DNA of 64,000 bases from Octopus sinensis (Eukaryota), in NCBI RefSeq assembly GCF_006345805.1, contig NC_042999.1, positions 98,394,001 through 98,458,000 on the forward strand, in the 5' to 3' direction. Positions 26,141-41,030 of the stretch are shown piece after piece; the stretch's first letter is position 1, and the number at the start of each line of letters is the position of its first letter. The notes below the pieces were generated by a model, which was given only the letters and a program-made list of their open reading frames with translations, had not been told where the DNA came from and ran no database searches. Both the position numbers and the translations under genes were made by a program.

Positions 26141-26525
26141 CGCCAGCATTGCGACCTGAACATTAGCTTCAAGGTTCATCCAAGGATGGGACCACGGGTC
26201 ATACGTCCCCTGCCCAATTCAGGATCACAACATATAGATACACTGCAACACAATTTCCTTTCCTCAACAGGAAACTGACCAAAGAGGAAAATGATCCCAT
26301 CACCTTTAAACGGAGTCTGGACAAATTTCTTCAAGGAATACCAGATAAGCCATCTATACCTGGATACGACTTACTCAACAAGAACTCTCTTCTTGAATGT
26401 ACCATGATACCACAAAACTTGACATAAAAAGGATTTGGATAATCCTATCAGGTGGTGCTAATAAGTTAGACATGGCTTGAACCAGTCTTTAGTCGAAACA
26501 TACCTAAGCTTATCTGAATTTAAGT
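26140..26525 (+). mobile_element. Diverged CR1 3' fragment of a related subfamily
   Basis: [14 protein letters not shown] peptide and CAGGTGGTGCTAATAAGTTAGACATGGC 3' block. Confidence 0.8.
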
Positions 26526-26607
26526 TCATGTATATACATACATACATACATACATACATACATACATACATACATACATACATACATACATACATACATA
26601 CATACAC

Positions 26608-26693
<86 letters not shown>

Positions 26694-27697
26694 CTATATG
26701 TATACACATATATATGTATGTATATATATATGCATACATATATATATACTGGACCCTTGCATTACTTTATTGCCGACGTCTTCACTATACAAAGGTACGA
26801 AACAGCAGAAATTTGATCCGAACATCAGCTGCATCGGCCTCACCACTCTGGTAAAGTTTCCTTGAACAAATATGCGAAAAGTTATACGTGTAATCAATAA
26901 AACTTCATAAATTCACTTTACAAACAACTATACTTCTCTCATAACAAATACTCCCTACATCATTTCTGCATGAATCACACTTCCCTTCTCTGTCTCTGAT
27001 GTCACTAAAATGCTGCATAGAAATTTTCCTATAATGATCACTTGTTCTCAAATAACAATGCTTCTCATTCGAAATATATTCCTGTAATATAATCTTTCCT
27101 GTTTTACAAGACCTATTAGTGTCATGCTTTTAGAATTTTCCTAAAATACTTTTAGATCAAATTCGAAATACCCATTAAAGACTAAAATTATATCAAATAG
27201 GAATCAACAGCACGGTGGAGGTCTCCATACTATCTTCTGAGTACATTTAAATACAAATTAAGATAGAAGCTGAGATAAATTGTATAGAGTTATGTGGAAA
27301 TCCAGGCAGCATCCTTACGAAACGGTTTAGCAAAAAAAAAAAAAAAAACGAAAGCAAAAAAAAATTTTCTGCGCTTTTTACTATATCTTTTATCTTTTAC
27401 TACTTTCAGCCATTGAACCGCGGCCATGCTGAAGCAACGCCTGGAAGGGTTTACGAACAAATCGATTTCAGTACTTATTTTTAAGTCTGGTCCTTATTTC
27501 TACTGGTTCATCTTGCCGAACTGCTACGTTACGAAGACATAAACAAACCAACACCGGCTATCATGCGGTCGTGGTGGGGGTGGAGGGACAAACACAAAGA
27601 TACGCACACATACATCTACATGCGTGCGCGCGCATATATATATGTATATATGTGTGTGTGTGGTGTGTGTGTGTGTGTGAGTGTGTGCGTGTGTGTG

Positions 27698-27997
27698 GAG
27701 GCGCAATGGCCCAGTGGTTAGGGCAGCGGACTCGCTGTCGGAGGATTGCGGTTTCGATTCCAAGACCGGGCGTTGTGTGTGTTTAGTGAATGAAAATACC
27801 TAAAGCTCCACGAGGCTCCGGTAGGAGATGGTGCGACCCCTGTTGTACTCTTTCGCTCCAACTGTCTCTCACTCTTTCTTCCTGTTTCTTGGGTAACGCT
27901 GCGATGGACTGGCGTCCCGTCCAGCTGGGGGGAACACATACGCCACAGAAACTGGGAAACCGGGCCCATGAGCCTGGCTAGGCTTGAAAAGGGCGCG
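27698..27997 (+). mobile_element. tRNA-derived SINE family 3 (tail with GCTGCGATGGACTGGCGTCCCGTCCAG, V-domain-like)
   Basis: A-box TGGCCCAGTGG, B-box GGTTTCGATTCC; head shared with 54957-55249. Confidence 0.8.
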
Positions 27998-28045
<48 letters not shown>

Positions 28046-28555
28046 TCGTGTAGCAAGTATATGTTCACAGTTTGCTTGTATGGAAGAATTATCTCATATT
28101 GTACTACGATATTGCTTTGCACCAACTGTTTACATTCATTTACAGCAATTTTGTGGACTATTTACAGATAATGACTTTTTCACATTTTCAACCGTTGAAC
28201 TCACTTTCTTTAGACCTTCTAAAGACTTGCATTTTGAACTGTCAGAACTGTTTGCAATGGTTTTCAACCGCTCTTACGAATTTTTGGTTGTTTTCTGTTG
28301 ATATATTGTAGATTTTTATTTCACAGTTTTGCTTATATTTTCTTTTTTCTTTCATTGTATTTCCTTTTTGTACATTTTTCTTTTTACCATTTGTTGTACA
28401 TTTTTCCTTCTTGCTACAGTTTTTTTTTGTTATTTTTTAACCTTTCCTTCGCGGTCACTATATTGGTCCGAGAGTAATTGTAGCAAGTATATGTTCGCAG
28501 TTTGCTTCTCTACCATTAAATAGACGAATATCGGTTCATACGCTGTTTTCTACAA

Positions 28556-28830
28556 GTGATCACATAAGCCTTCTAGCTTTACGCGGGCTAACCATCCCAT
28601 CACGTGACAAACTAGCCGAGTGCGGGGAAATTTATGTCTGTTCGTTGGAGTCCATCATCAGCTGTATAAGGAAAAATCTTCCCGCTATTCTTTAGTGAGG
28701 GGGGTTTGCGCGGTCGAGTTCGAATCTCGGCAGAAAGGAAGTTCATTCCGCAGATAACCTTCGATACGTACGTCAGTTCCTGTCTTCCAGCAGAAGTCAC
28801 GTCACGTATTTGTTTTCCTGTTCTATCCAA
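28556..28830. promoter_or_regulatory. CpG-rich block with E-box and CRE-like motifs (candidate promoter/enhancer)
   Basis: TCACGTGAC (~28601), TACGTCA and GTCACGTCACGT (~28770-28808); many CpGs in an AT-rich background. Confidence 0.3.
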
Positions 28831-29617
28831 GTACCATCTGAATGAGATACCGTTTGTATATTTTCTGACAGTAACATTCAAGATGTATTCCATCAAGCTT
28901 GCCGGGTTGAATAAATCGCCGCATTTAATTCTCCTGCTTTCCTCGTTCTTCCTGTATGTACATACATACGTACGTTGGAACTCAAACCATCATAATTCAT
29001 CAACTCAACTTCAATCGTTAAACACGAAAAGTCAAAGACTTTTTCATTCTTCCCGAACGTCAAACCAATACATCTACTTCTTCTCTCATCTGTCTTTTGT
29101 TTTCATACATACGAAATTCTTTCAGTTTCCGTCTACGAAATCCACTCACAAGGTATTGTTCAGCTCAAGGTTATAATAGAAGACACTTGCCTAAGGTATC
29201 AAGCTGTGGGACTGAACCTGAAATCATGTGATTGGGAAGCAAACGTCTTAGCACATAGCCATGCTTGTTGTTGCAAAATAAGAATATTAGAATTATACAT
29301 TTAAGTAGTTTTGCATTAGTCATGAAGCCCAATTTCCCGACCAGTTTGATGAACCTCATAAATATCACGTTACTCTGAATGGTCTATTATTTGCGAATAA
29401 CTTTACATTACTTTCGGCAAGTTAGGTGACGGTTACTTTTTTTCGAGTTAGTCACGAAGCTCTTGAAGTTTTCATGCACTTGTTGTCCCATTGCCAACTA
29501 AAAAGAAAGAAAGAAAGAAACTAAAGAACAAGCTTAAGTATAACTTAAATATTTTGCCAAATGACTAAATATATTTTCATGCTGTAAACTGTAAATATAG
29601 TTCCACATACTGAACTG

Positions 29618-29673
<56 letters not shown>

Positions 29674-30080
29674 ATATATATCTTTTATCGTTTATTTGTT
29701 TTTGTCATTGCGGCCATGCTGGGGTACTGCCTTGAACAAATTGACTCGAGTATTTTTTATCTTAAAGTCTGGTACTTATTCTATCGGTCTCTTTTGCTGA
29801 ATCGCTAATTTACGGGGACGTAAACAAATCATCACCGGTTGTTAAATGGTACGGTGCTGGAGACAAACACAAAGACACAAACATAAGAGCACTCACACAC
29901 ACACAAACAAGCGCGCACACATTCTTTTATAAAATTTAGCTCTAAGGCTGTGGCCATGATGGAGCACTGCCAGTGTAATCACCTTCCAATATATGTATGT
30001 TATTGACAGTGACTTCGAAATTTCGGCGATAGCTTTGCTGGTCCAAGTCATTGTTGACAATATTCTTGTTAAGAAGGACA

Positions 30081-30241
<161 letters not shown>

Positions 30242-32235
30242 AATACATTTATGGTAGATGAATATGCCTCAACGAATCAATGAAGGAAGGAAAGAGCGGG
30301 CATTCGACCGGCTAGGAATAGCAACCAAATCTCTGTAGAATCACAATCCACTGTTTTAAGAACAAGAAAAAAAGAACAATATAAATTTAGATACATCTAA
30401 AAAAGACGCGATTGTCACTGATGGAAGTCTTTTCATCGTAAATCTAGTCGTCAAGTGCTGATTTGGTGCTACACAACAACAACAACAGCAGTACAAAAAA
30501 AAAAAAAAAGAAGCCAGAACAGCAATGTTATATATACTCAATACTTCACAATGGCGTCCAAAAAGTTACACGCAATCTCGTGCCATTTTGTTCCTGCAAA
30601 CAATAATCATCATTAACATAATCACGAACGCTGTGTCTATGTATTCACTGTATCACGTTTCTAGCAATTACGTCTGTTAATTACTCTCCTCCAGGCCTTG
30701 CTCTACCTGTTGTTAGATCCTCTTGAGAATAAAGAAAGTTTTTTTTTATATCTTTTTTGCAGAAAACGTTGTGAGTGAGAGGTGTCAATAGCCTCAAATG
30801 ACCTCAACAACGAAAATAACGAAGAAAATCGAATAAAGAAAAAAACAACGAAATCTCTCTTAAATCACATCATATTGTCTTAAAAAAGTGAACGCATTGG
30901 ACAATGTAGTCCTTGGTTTACGTTGTCTGAAGAAAAAAAGTGGGATGTTAACGGCTGGAATGTTTTCGAATATGTCTGTTGGATCGAGTGTGAGTTGGGG
31001 CTCAAGAAGGAAAAAGATGAAGAAAAAGAGAACAAGAACAATTTCAGCAACAATAAGTAAATTGCTGACTTTAGATGATTTTAAATGTTTCATAAGCTAA
31101 TCTATTGAAGGAGAGGTTTTTTTTTTTTATCTTACTACGTGAATTTGAATACCTGTGTTAGTTAGGTACTACTTCACTGCACTAACGTTCTCGATGGATT
31201 TAGAAAATATATGAATGCCAGCAATTCCTAGTTACTTCTCTCTTCAACTACAATTTCATTTGGGCGAAGTTCTAGATTGGATCCCACTGCGTAGCATATC
31301 TTAGGAGTAGACGAAAACTGTAAAATTCTGATTGACTGTAATTTATTGCGTTGTAGACATACTGCTTAGCACTTCCACCCAACACTTGGTTGCCTTTTGT
31401 AGAGTTCATACTGTTGCAAATATTTAGATCATATCACTGGTTTTAGGAAAACTCGTTCTGTTGATAGCTCTACCGCAGTGACCCATGAGCTCTGATTTTC
31501 CCCCCTTTGATCTTACCACTATCGAAATCTTTCTCCCTTGATTAAACTAGTGGTTCACAAAAGTTACTTCACGGAATTTAAATATATAATTCATTGAAAT
31601 CCATTCTAAAGTTTCAGTGTTTTGAAAAAAATAAAAAGGTTTTATTCATAATTTTTTATACACAATTACGTTTGATAAAACAAAATAAGTAATAGTTTCC
31701 TTCATATTTTTCTCAGTTTTTAATCGCAAATCATTATCTTATTAACTTTCTGTGCGAAGTGTATCAGTAATTTGATATTTAATCCCTTGTGTGTCACAAA
31801 GCCAAACACACTGAGAAGACTTCTCTACACAGTACATATGCACCAAACATCATAGTGCTGCTCATATATCTGGGAGTATACTTCTGCTTCTGCTATGCAC
31901 CAACATTCCATGTTGCTGATTAACAAATACTTCAGTTATCAATACGCTTTAGCCATTACTGTCTACCAATGTCTTCCCTTCACTGTTTTGTGTTAGATAA
32001 GGTCATTGATCCTAGGTTTTCTTTGCATAAGAAAAAAAAAACGGGATACTTATATCTGGAATTCTATGACCACAGGTTTGCTCGATCATGTCTGACCTTG
32101 GGCTAAAAATTGAAAAAGAAAACAACCGCATAGTGATTAATTAAATTTCATGCAGTGTATATGGGTTATGGGACTACATCTAAAAGGTTTGACCTTCTCA
32201 TCTGGGTCAGATAATACATTAAACTTTGACTAGTA

Positions 32236-32559
32236 CTGGGTCTTCTCAACCAATGGTTCCCAATGCCTACTTAAATGGGCTATGGGTTTTAAAAATATAA
32301 TTTAAGGCTATAGAATATTAAATATAATTTAAGGCTCTAAAAAACTAATGCGTAACCATTTTTGAAAAGCGTGTTATTCATATTTTGTTACACAAAAATA
32401 TGATTAATAAAATAAGATAGGCACTAGTTTTCTATATATTTTTGTAAGTGTTTAATATTAAAACAGTTTTTCTGTTTAATTTTCATTTCGAAGTGCCTCA
32501 ATAATTTTTGTATTTGATCTCCAGTGAGTCACAAAGTCAAAAAGGTTGAAAACCACTGA
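32236..32559. mobile_element. Possible decayed hAT-type MITE
   Basis: Right end GGTTGAAAACCACTG; left end decayed CTGGGTCTTCTCAACC. Confidence 0.35.
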
Positions 32560-35499
32560 ACTGATCAAAAGAAATCAATATTTTAAATTTCAGAGATGGA
32601 AGGCTTATTAATGTTATAGAACACTATACAGTATCCTTTACTGTAACCACATCTGTGGTCTGAATTCAAAGTATTTCAATTATGAGCTGTTGCTCACCCT
32701 ATAAAATGAGTTTTACACTAGAGTACAGCTAACATTATGAAACTCATATTCTCCCATCACAAGGCTATTCAAACTGATTAAATTTTACTCTCCAACATAC
32801 TATACGTACTAAACCGAATGAGGAACCAGCAATGGAGTTTCTATGTGGTCCCTCTACAGCTAAGAAATAGCAGCCAAATCTTCGAGTCACAGCCTATTGT
32901 TTGAAAAAAGCGAAAAAGAAAAAGCATAATGTAGATATACGAGAAAACGGGATTGTCAAGGCTGGAACGCTTTTGACCAAATATCTGATCAATCATGATC
33001 TGGGGCAGAATATCAATAACAAGAACAAGAACAACAACATCGACAACAACAATAACAACGATGATAACATCAACATAATTGAAGAGGGAGCCAAACTTTT
33101 TATACAAAGAAAAAGACATTAGATAATACAAGCATGACCCCCTAAAAAGACGTAGATGTCACGGATGGAATGTCTTACACTATAAGTCTGGTAGATCCGT
33201 GGGTTATAAGTGACAATAGCAACAGCAAAAACGACAAACCCATAAAGTAGTATCTGTACCTTCTTGCTATTTCATCAACTGTAACTATAACAGCTCCTGT
33301 ACATTTCTACATTTGTACACCATTCCTGCTCTTCCCAACTAATTCACTCATATCTCCTTTACTCGTCGCCCTTATTCTATCTCATCTACCACAGGAAGTG
33401 AGCTATTTAACAATCATTTCACCCCCTCCTCAAAACTACAAATGCCCGCTTTTATTCAACCTATATTAACGTTGAGTCGTTCAAATTAAGTATCAACTGC
33501 AATAACCTGACTGATTTGGAAGAATCTGAAAAGGTCATAGCACAATCACAGCTTCACCATGGAATAAAACTATAAAAATTTCTGGATAGATGACTTCACT
33601 TTTAACAGTGATCACCACAATAAGCGTGAGTTAAGTACGAGAGTCAATTTGATCAAATGTTCCCAAAATTCATCCAAAAAAAATTTTGTGGCCAACTCTG
33701 CGTATTATTCACCCAATAATAATCGACTAACTCGGCGTCAGTTAGACTTTGGAACTGCTTCAGTGAATTATGTGTAAGGCAGCGAATTGTTGTTAGACTT
33801 GCGGTATTTTGATCCTCTGACTTCAAATCCCGGTGATGTCGACTTTGGTTTTCATCCATTCGGGATCAATAAAGTTCCCATCACCGATCGATTTTTGGTC
33901 TCCTCTCTCTTTCTTGTGACGAAATTAAGAAGGAAGCGTTTACATTGCAACCCTAACAATCTTTTCAATATTCTTTGACCTATACAAAAAAAGAAATCAC
34001 TTATAAAACAGAAATAATCAAAAATAAATGTTCTCTTTCTGCGTAACAAATATTCACAGAAATAGTTTAACTTTGGAGTAGGTGAGTAACTAATTTACTC
34101 TAAACCGGTGTTTCTTGGCTTTTTGTATTCTATTTACAGTATTTATTCCATTTACTTGTCGATTCCTTTACATCTTGATTCCTCACCTCTCAAATACAAC
34201 AAGAACCGAGTGGCTTTTCTATACAATTTATTATGCTCATAAAATTAACAATATTATATTAATTTAATATTCACATCCTTAAAAAAACCCTATCGATGAA
34301 GAAATTTTCAACGTAAAATCATGTTCTACATGAAATTCACGCAGTAGTTTTTGGAATCTTGAAATTTCCTGGCGAGGTGAGGAAGTTTTTTTCCAAGCAA
34401 TCCAAATGTCCAAATATATCTTGAACTGTCTTCCATAATTATCGAAATAACAGAAGTAGTATTAGTCTCTGACTAATATTGTTTTTTTTTTCACCGCGTA
34501 ATTGTTTCTAGTTAACTTTTTAATGTTTCCTGCATAAACTGTGTTAACTATAATTTGACAACTGTTTCTCATATGCTTGGTATCTTTGAGCAATTTATTC
34601 ACTAAACCAGTGCTAGGCAACCCTCTTTTCAAGTGTCACCCACTTTCAAACATTGTACAATTGGAACGCCTATCAAACTCATAATAATTTTAAGATCAAC
34701 GGATTAAGTGAGTTTAAAAATAAAGTTAAAAATAAAGATAGTTTATTATTCATTACAACTCAATGATTAAAGTTTTAATCATCTCAGACTCTGAAGATAT
34801 AATACAAACAGAACTCCTTCCTTTCTATGGGTTTCCATTTATTTGTGGACCACATTACACCACATGAGAAAAAAGGGACACAACCCACTTCCTCCAAAAA
34901 GCAACTAAGTACACAAATCTGTTGTTGAATCATATATAAGTAATAGCTACTCAGTGCATTTGTCGAGCTAGTCAGACTCATTGACAGGTACGATGAAGGT
35001 TGTTTTGCTAAAAAGGTCACAACAACACCTAAACATATTCAGAGAACTGTTTCTTGTACTTGCCAAAATAATTGATTTTCATTTAGATACAAAAGTCTGC
35101 AATCTTGTAGGGAAGAACTTAATCCACCACAGAGAGATGGAAAGCGAATTTGACTCCAGCGAGGATTTAAAATCAGATGTAAATGACCGAAACAAATGCT
35201 GAAACTCGAAATGATTCTGTCAATCCACTTACGAAATAATTGCTTCCAATTTAGGCACAAGGTCATTCATGTTGAAGGAGACTACAGTACTTGACAGATA
35301 CTTTATTTTACTGATACCACCTCAAAAATAAAAATTATAAACAAATAAATAAAAAAAAAGATTATGCAAGGTAGGTAAAGCTGACCTTGGTGAGATTTCT
35401 CTTCAGATATAAACAGCCAAAACAAATATCACAAGATATTTTGTTCGTCGCATTATCAATTCTGTCAATCCACTAAATAACAATATTTATTCTTCAAGA

Positions 35500-35714
35500 A
35501 TATTGGTTTCAAATTTTGGTACAAGGCCAGCAATTTCGGGGTGGGGCTAAGTCGATTACATCGACCCCAGTGTTCAACTGGTACTTATTTTACCGAGTAC
35601 TAAAAGATAACGGCAGAGTCAACTTCGATGGAATTTGAACTCAGAAAGTTATGACGGGCGAAAAGTCGCTGAGTATTTTGCCCGGCGTGCTAATGATTCT
35701 GCCAGCTCACCACC
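35500..35714 (-). mobile_element. SINE family 1, full length
   Basis: Reverse complement of family head, B-box and AAATTTGAAACCAATATT tail. Confidence 0.8.
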
Positions 35715-37029
35715 CTACAAATCGTTCATTAATATTACTTTCTTTTTCTTTATTATATGATTACTTTTAGTTATATATTTTTTTAATGCCCCCTACATTA
35801 AATGTTGACACTAACTGAACCATTGTTTATTTTCATACCAATGGCGTCCGTGATTTAAGCATTGTGGTGTTGTGTTCTCTTCAAGTCGAGTTTTATTGTG
35901 CGATCCAGTCTCGGTCCTTTGTTGGAATTAATGGGTCTTAATTACAGAAGTCGGAAATATTCTAAAAAGATGAACCATGGGAGGGTTTTCTATGTGGTCG
36001 CTGAAATCTTCCCCAAACCATACGCTAGTGTCATTGAATAATGTTGTCATAGATATAGTTGACTGAATTGAAGCTGGTCTGATTGATAAAACCTTTGAGT
36101 ATAAGGTTCCTCGCCCCCCCTCCTCCTCTTCATCATCATCATCATCATCATCATAATCATCATCATCAGTAGCAACAGTAACAACTGCTGTAACAACAAC
36201 ATCAGTTCAACATGCCCTAAGGAAACAGTTGAGTATTACAATTTCAAATAATCCAGTGAATTTGTCTGAAATTAATAAATTAAAAATTTCAGACTTTTGA
36301 ATCTTAATTGTGGACCCTAAAATTTTTTATCCCATCCCATCCTTTTTCAGTACAGCAAAAATATTTGTGGTAATTCTGCTTTAATATTCTTTGGGAAAGG
36401 TATTAACCGCAATTTGATTTAATTCGTTTGTCCTGTAGATATCAAAGCTTGTGTACTCAGTGATAGAAAAAAAAAATTTTTGGAACCAGAGGTATTTTAA
36501 GGAGCGTGAAGATGAGACTGGGGGGGGGTGAAGCTGGGGTTGGGGTGGAGGTTGGGTGAATATGAGATGGGGTTAGATGCTATTATATCTCCTTCTCCTC
36601 CACGATCTGATAAGTCAAAGAACACTGTCTTTCTGTATTCCTCTCCCATTATTACCATCACTGCTTGTACTGTAAACAGCGAACGAACAAAAGCGATGGA
36701 GCCAATGTGGTTGCCTGATCTGTAGAAATAACAGCCAGATAGATCTCGCTCAAAATCACACTATATATACCGGTTCAGTCGGAGTTGACCTGTGAATAAA
36801 TAACAGCAACAAGAACAACAACAACGTCAACAAAGAGCAGAAACAAAGAAAAACATCAAGAAGAAGAAGAACAACGACAACAACGAAAAAAAGATAAATA
36901 ACAAAATAAAAGCACAAAGAAATCAATAAGATGAAGAAACGGTGCCTCTAACCATTTCGTATCATTGTTGCACAGTAGTCAGTATTAAAGCTGCACCGAT
37001 CAGCGGGCGACGTCACTTTCCTTTTATAA

Positions 37030-37081
37030 TAGCTGCTACTGCTGCTACAACAACAACAACAACCACTACCACCACCAGCAG

Positions 37082-37140
<59 letters not shown>

Positions 37141-37457
37141 ATAATAATAATAATAATAATAATAATACAACCACCATCACCACCACCACCACCACCACCA
37201 CCCTCCACTACTACTACTACTACTGTTATGATGCCAATCACCGCATACAACAGCAACAGTAGTTGTAGCAATAGTAGTGGTAGCATTAATATAGTACTAG
37301 CATTAGTAGTAGCAACAGCACTAGTATTTAAAGTATTCGTAGTATTCGAAATAGTAGTAGTAGTGGTGGTGGTGGTAGTAGTAGTCGTAGAAGTAGCAGC
37401 AGCAGCAACAACAGCAGCAGCCGCAGTAGCAGCAGCAGCAGCAGCAGTAGCAGTAGC

Positions 37458-37522
<65 letters not shown>

Positions 37523-37566
37523 TATGGTAATACTAAGTTCTGATGCTGGCAATGTTGTTTTCTTTG

Positions 37567-37599
<33 letters not shown>

Positions 37600-37967
37600 G
37601 CTGATGCTGTTACCTGGCCGTACTATTTACACCAGACAGACAGACGAATCAATAAAAAAAACATAAACGTCATCCGAGATAAATTAAAATGTAGGCTTTT
37701 GATTCAAACCAACTATATAGCACCATCGTTGTCATCGTCATCGTGTCGTCGCCGACATTATCACCACCACCACCACCACCACCACCACAACCACCACCAC
37801 CACCTTCACCACTCTTCTCATTGTCACCGTTCTGGTCGTCGTCGTAGAAATGATTGTCGCCATCGTTGTGGTAGTAGTAGTCGTGGTGGTTGTGGTGGTG
37901 GTGGTAGTCGTCGTCGTCGTCTTCACCATTAATCATAATCATCCTTAAAGTCACCATCGACACTACT

Positions 37968-38000
<33 letters not shown>

Positions 38001-38020
38001 GCCATCGTCACTATCGTCAT
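37030..38020. repeat. ~1 kb compound trinucleotide microsatellite (CTA/ACC/AAT/GTA/GCA/ATC)
   Basis: Directly visible; source of the poly-T/V/L/H ORFs. Confidence 0.97.
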
Positions 38021-38394
38021 TATCCACGTTATCGCAATATTAACGACAACAGCACTGACACAAATAACGATTTCTTTTGACTAGACTCAAGGCGAATTGC
38101 TTACTCTTTTCCCTCTTTTATTCTTTTACATGTTTCAGTCATTGGACCACTGCCATGCTGGGGCATCACCTTCAAGTGTTTAGACAACGATATCGACCCT
38201 GTACTTATTTTAGTCTGAGACTTATTTCATCGATCTATAATTTATTTTAATCTATTTTTATTGGTTTGGGCTGGAAGGAGAGGTTGTTCTTGTGGCCTTC
38301 TAGGGCATTCGAAACTAGCGAGATTTGATGTCGTTAACGTTTCAGCTCGAATTGTTATAAGTAGATAGCTTCAGGAAAAAAAAAAAAAACATTC

Positions 38395-38557
38395 CGAGAT
38401 TCTGGGAATGAAGGACCGGTCGTAGTGACTAGTGTAGGCCTGGGATGGGAGTGGACACAACACGGGAGAAAGGAGGATGAAATATGAATGAGACATATGT
38501 AGGTAAATGGCAGTGGTACAAGATAGCTCCGAGGAGCAGAAGTTGCTGGAGTAATGA

Positions 38558-38623
<66 letters not shown>

Positions 38624-39370
38624 CACATAGGGGTTGCAATGTTGTCTTTTCTCTCTATGGGTTTAAGGTTGGAGTGTGTGGGTGAACGACTTTAGGCTAT
38701 TCAGGCTGATGGCTTTTCACTGGATGTGGTATGTCTGCGTGTGTAGTAGCAACACGGCAACAATATTCCTGGTGAGGAAGCAGCATTTCATTGTAGTCTC
38801 ACCTGAGTTTTATAGAGGGTTATTAGGTGTTAGTGTGTGTGTCTGCATGTGTGTGTGTGCTTGTATGTGTGTTAGTGTGTATGTGTGTGCGTGTGTGTAT
38901 GTTTTAGTGTGTATGTGAGTGTGTATGTGTGTGTAAGTATTTTCTGGCTCTGGGAAGAAGGTCAGTCTTTGTGGTAGATTCTTTGCTATGTTGAGAATCT
39001 GTGTTCACCAGCAGAGATCATTAGTGGTGGTGAGGCCTAACATTTGAGCACTTTAGCTCCGTGCTTTTCATATTTAGAAGGATATGTTCTTAGATAGTGT
39101 TTATTGGCTGTTGAAGAAGACAACATTGTCTTAACCCTTTTGGTGTAACTTTTCGAAGTCTCTAGAGTTAACGTTTTAGGTTGCACGTGAGCAGCCGATG
39201 TGTGCAAAAGTACAAGTAGGATTGAAGCATGGTACCATTTGATTAGAAATGGACATTGTTGGAGGTGACTACGAGTAGCTTGATGCATAAGAATAATTGT
39301 GTGATGCACAGTGGTCAGTTTGAACGCTGTGTTCATTGGCGGGCAACGTCAGCTTCTTTTATTTTAGACG

Positions 39371-39469
<99 letters not shown>

Positions 39470-40330
39470 ATTCTAGGAGGAAGAGAGAAAAGTGAGAAAT
39501 TGGAGAGTTTGGTGAGGTTGGAGTAGCTCTGACGCGTATTATTAGTGTGAAATGTGGGACCTTAAGGTACATTAGAGGTATGGGGTGTAGAAAGAGTTCC
39601 ATCGGTAAGCATCGCAACGGTTGTTTCTGATGCTTTAGTAGCTAACGTATGTGTTGTCAGATAGTTAACAGATTAGGCGGAGCTTAGACCAAACAGCTGA
39701 GATAGTGTCAGAGGGTCCAGAAGAATCGGGACGTTGTAAAGTATATAGATGTGAGTGTGGGTAGTCACGATAAGGAAGAGTTGGTACAGAGAAGATGATG
39801 TTCAGACAGAAGCTGAGTTTGAAGGTGACAAAGAGATCAAGGATGTTTGAAGTGTCTACGTGTGGTACACGGATGCTTGTAGTGGATGAAACTAGTTGAT
39901 GTAGCGAGCCGAGCCTAGTGAAAGATTCAGTTTCTGCTCCGGTGGCATCAATAAGGGATGATAACGAGAGGCAAGAAGATTTATGAGTGTTGAAGTCACA
40001 GAGAACAATTACTTTGGGGAGGTTTGATATGAAACCGATAGGCTTGATATAGGAAGCGATATGATTGAAGGGTTGATGGTTGTTCGAAGAGCAGTAGAGG
40101 TAACAAATGTTTATCGAGAAATGAGATTTTAAGTCAGAGTAAGTGGAAGCCATTGTTGTGATTATTCAGGTGAGAACAGACATCAGACACCAAATATTAA
40201 TTTTCGAAGTGAAACTTGGATAGTAAAGACAGACAATTGATAACGATTGAAAATTTGTGTCTGGGAGAAGAATATCAAGTACAGTTTACGCGTTAGTAAA
40301 AAGTGATGCATGAATTCTAGGCTGGATCGA
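38395..40330 (-). mobile_element. Old L2/CR1-group LINE: endonuclease plus 3' RT remnants with internal deletion and microsatellites
   Basis: 39665-40153: ICYLYCS...IVLCDFNTH...TESF...LHQLV...SNILDLF (APE); 38400-38560: CSSELS.LVP...HP...HYDRSFIPR (L2/CR1 C-terminus). Confidence 0.7.
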
Positions 40331-40380
40331 GGTCCACAGATAATAGAATAGAGGAGAGAATACTGTCCAGTGGGTTTAGT

Positions 40381-41030
40381 TTACTTTCTCTTCTTTCTCT
40401 TGGACTCCTTCCGTCGTTGTCTATCTCTGGCCAACCATGGCCATGTAGCCCCCAGATAGCGGGGGAGATCATCTATGGTCGACCTCTTGATCGTGTCCAT
40501 TGTCTTGGTATGCATTCCGTCACCCTGATTATCCATCTGTTGTCTTTTAGTCCCGCGATGTGACCAGTCCAGCTATATTCTTTTCTGCTCTACAAGGCCC
40601 GAAACTTTTAGGGAGGGGCTCAGTCGATTAGATCAACCCCAGTACACTACTGGTACTTAATTTTATCGACCCCGATAGGATAAAAGACAAAATCGACCTC
40701 GGCGGGATTTGAACTCAGAACGTAAAGGCAGACGAAATATCGCTAAGCATTTCGCTCGGCGTGCTAACGTTTCTGCCAGATCCCCGCCTTGTTTGTTCTC
40801 CTTGATGGTTCTTATGATGTTATTGACTCTCGTGTGCTGTCGTATCCAGGCATTGGTTTTCTTGTCTCGCAATGTGATGCCAAGCATGATTCGTTCCATT
40901 TTACGGTTTATATTTCAGCATCTCGGAAAGTGTAGAGGATGTCTGAATACCCATGTTGAGAACTCGGTTTTAATTTTTGCTACAGGTAGTCATGTGTTAG
41001 GTGATAGTGTAAAACCGGGCATCAGGATGT
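40381..41030 (-). mobile_element. RTE-clade LINE 3' fragment interrupted by a SINE
   Basis: MERIMLGITLRDKKTNAWIRQHTRV..II.TIKENK | SWTGHIAG.KDNRW..RVTE..PR...RSRGRP. Confidence 0.8.
40585..40790 (-). mobile_element. SINE family 1 nested in the RTE fragment
   Basis: Full head, B-box and tail on minus strand. Confidence 0.85.

Noticed and set aside
26860-27330. Very decayed LINE endonuclease-like sequence (also ~48100-48530, - strand)
   Set aside because: Only scattered motif fragments; clade and boundaries cannot be supported
27698-27780. tRNA-like cloverleaf heads (also in SINE families 1, 2 and 4)
   Set aside because: They continue into SINE bodies and lack intact acceptor stems, so they are not tRNA genes
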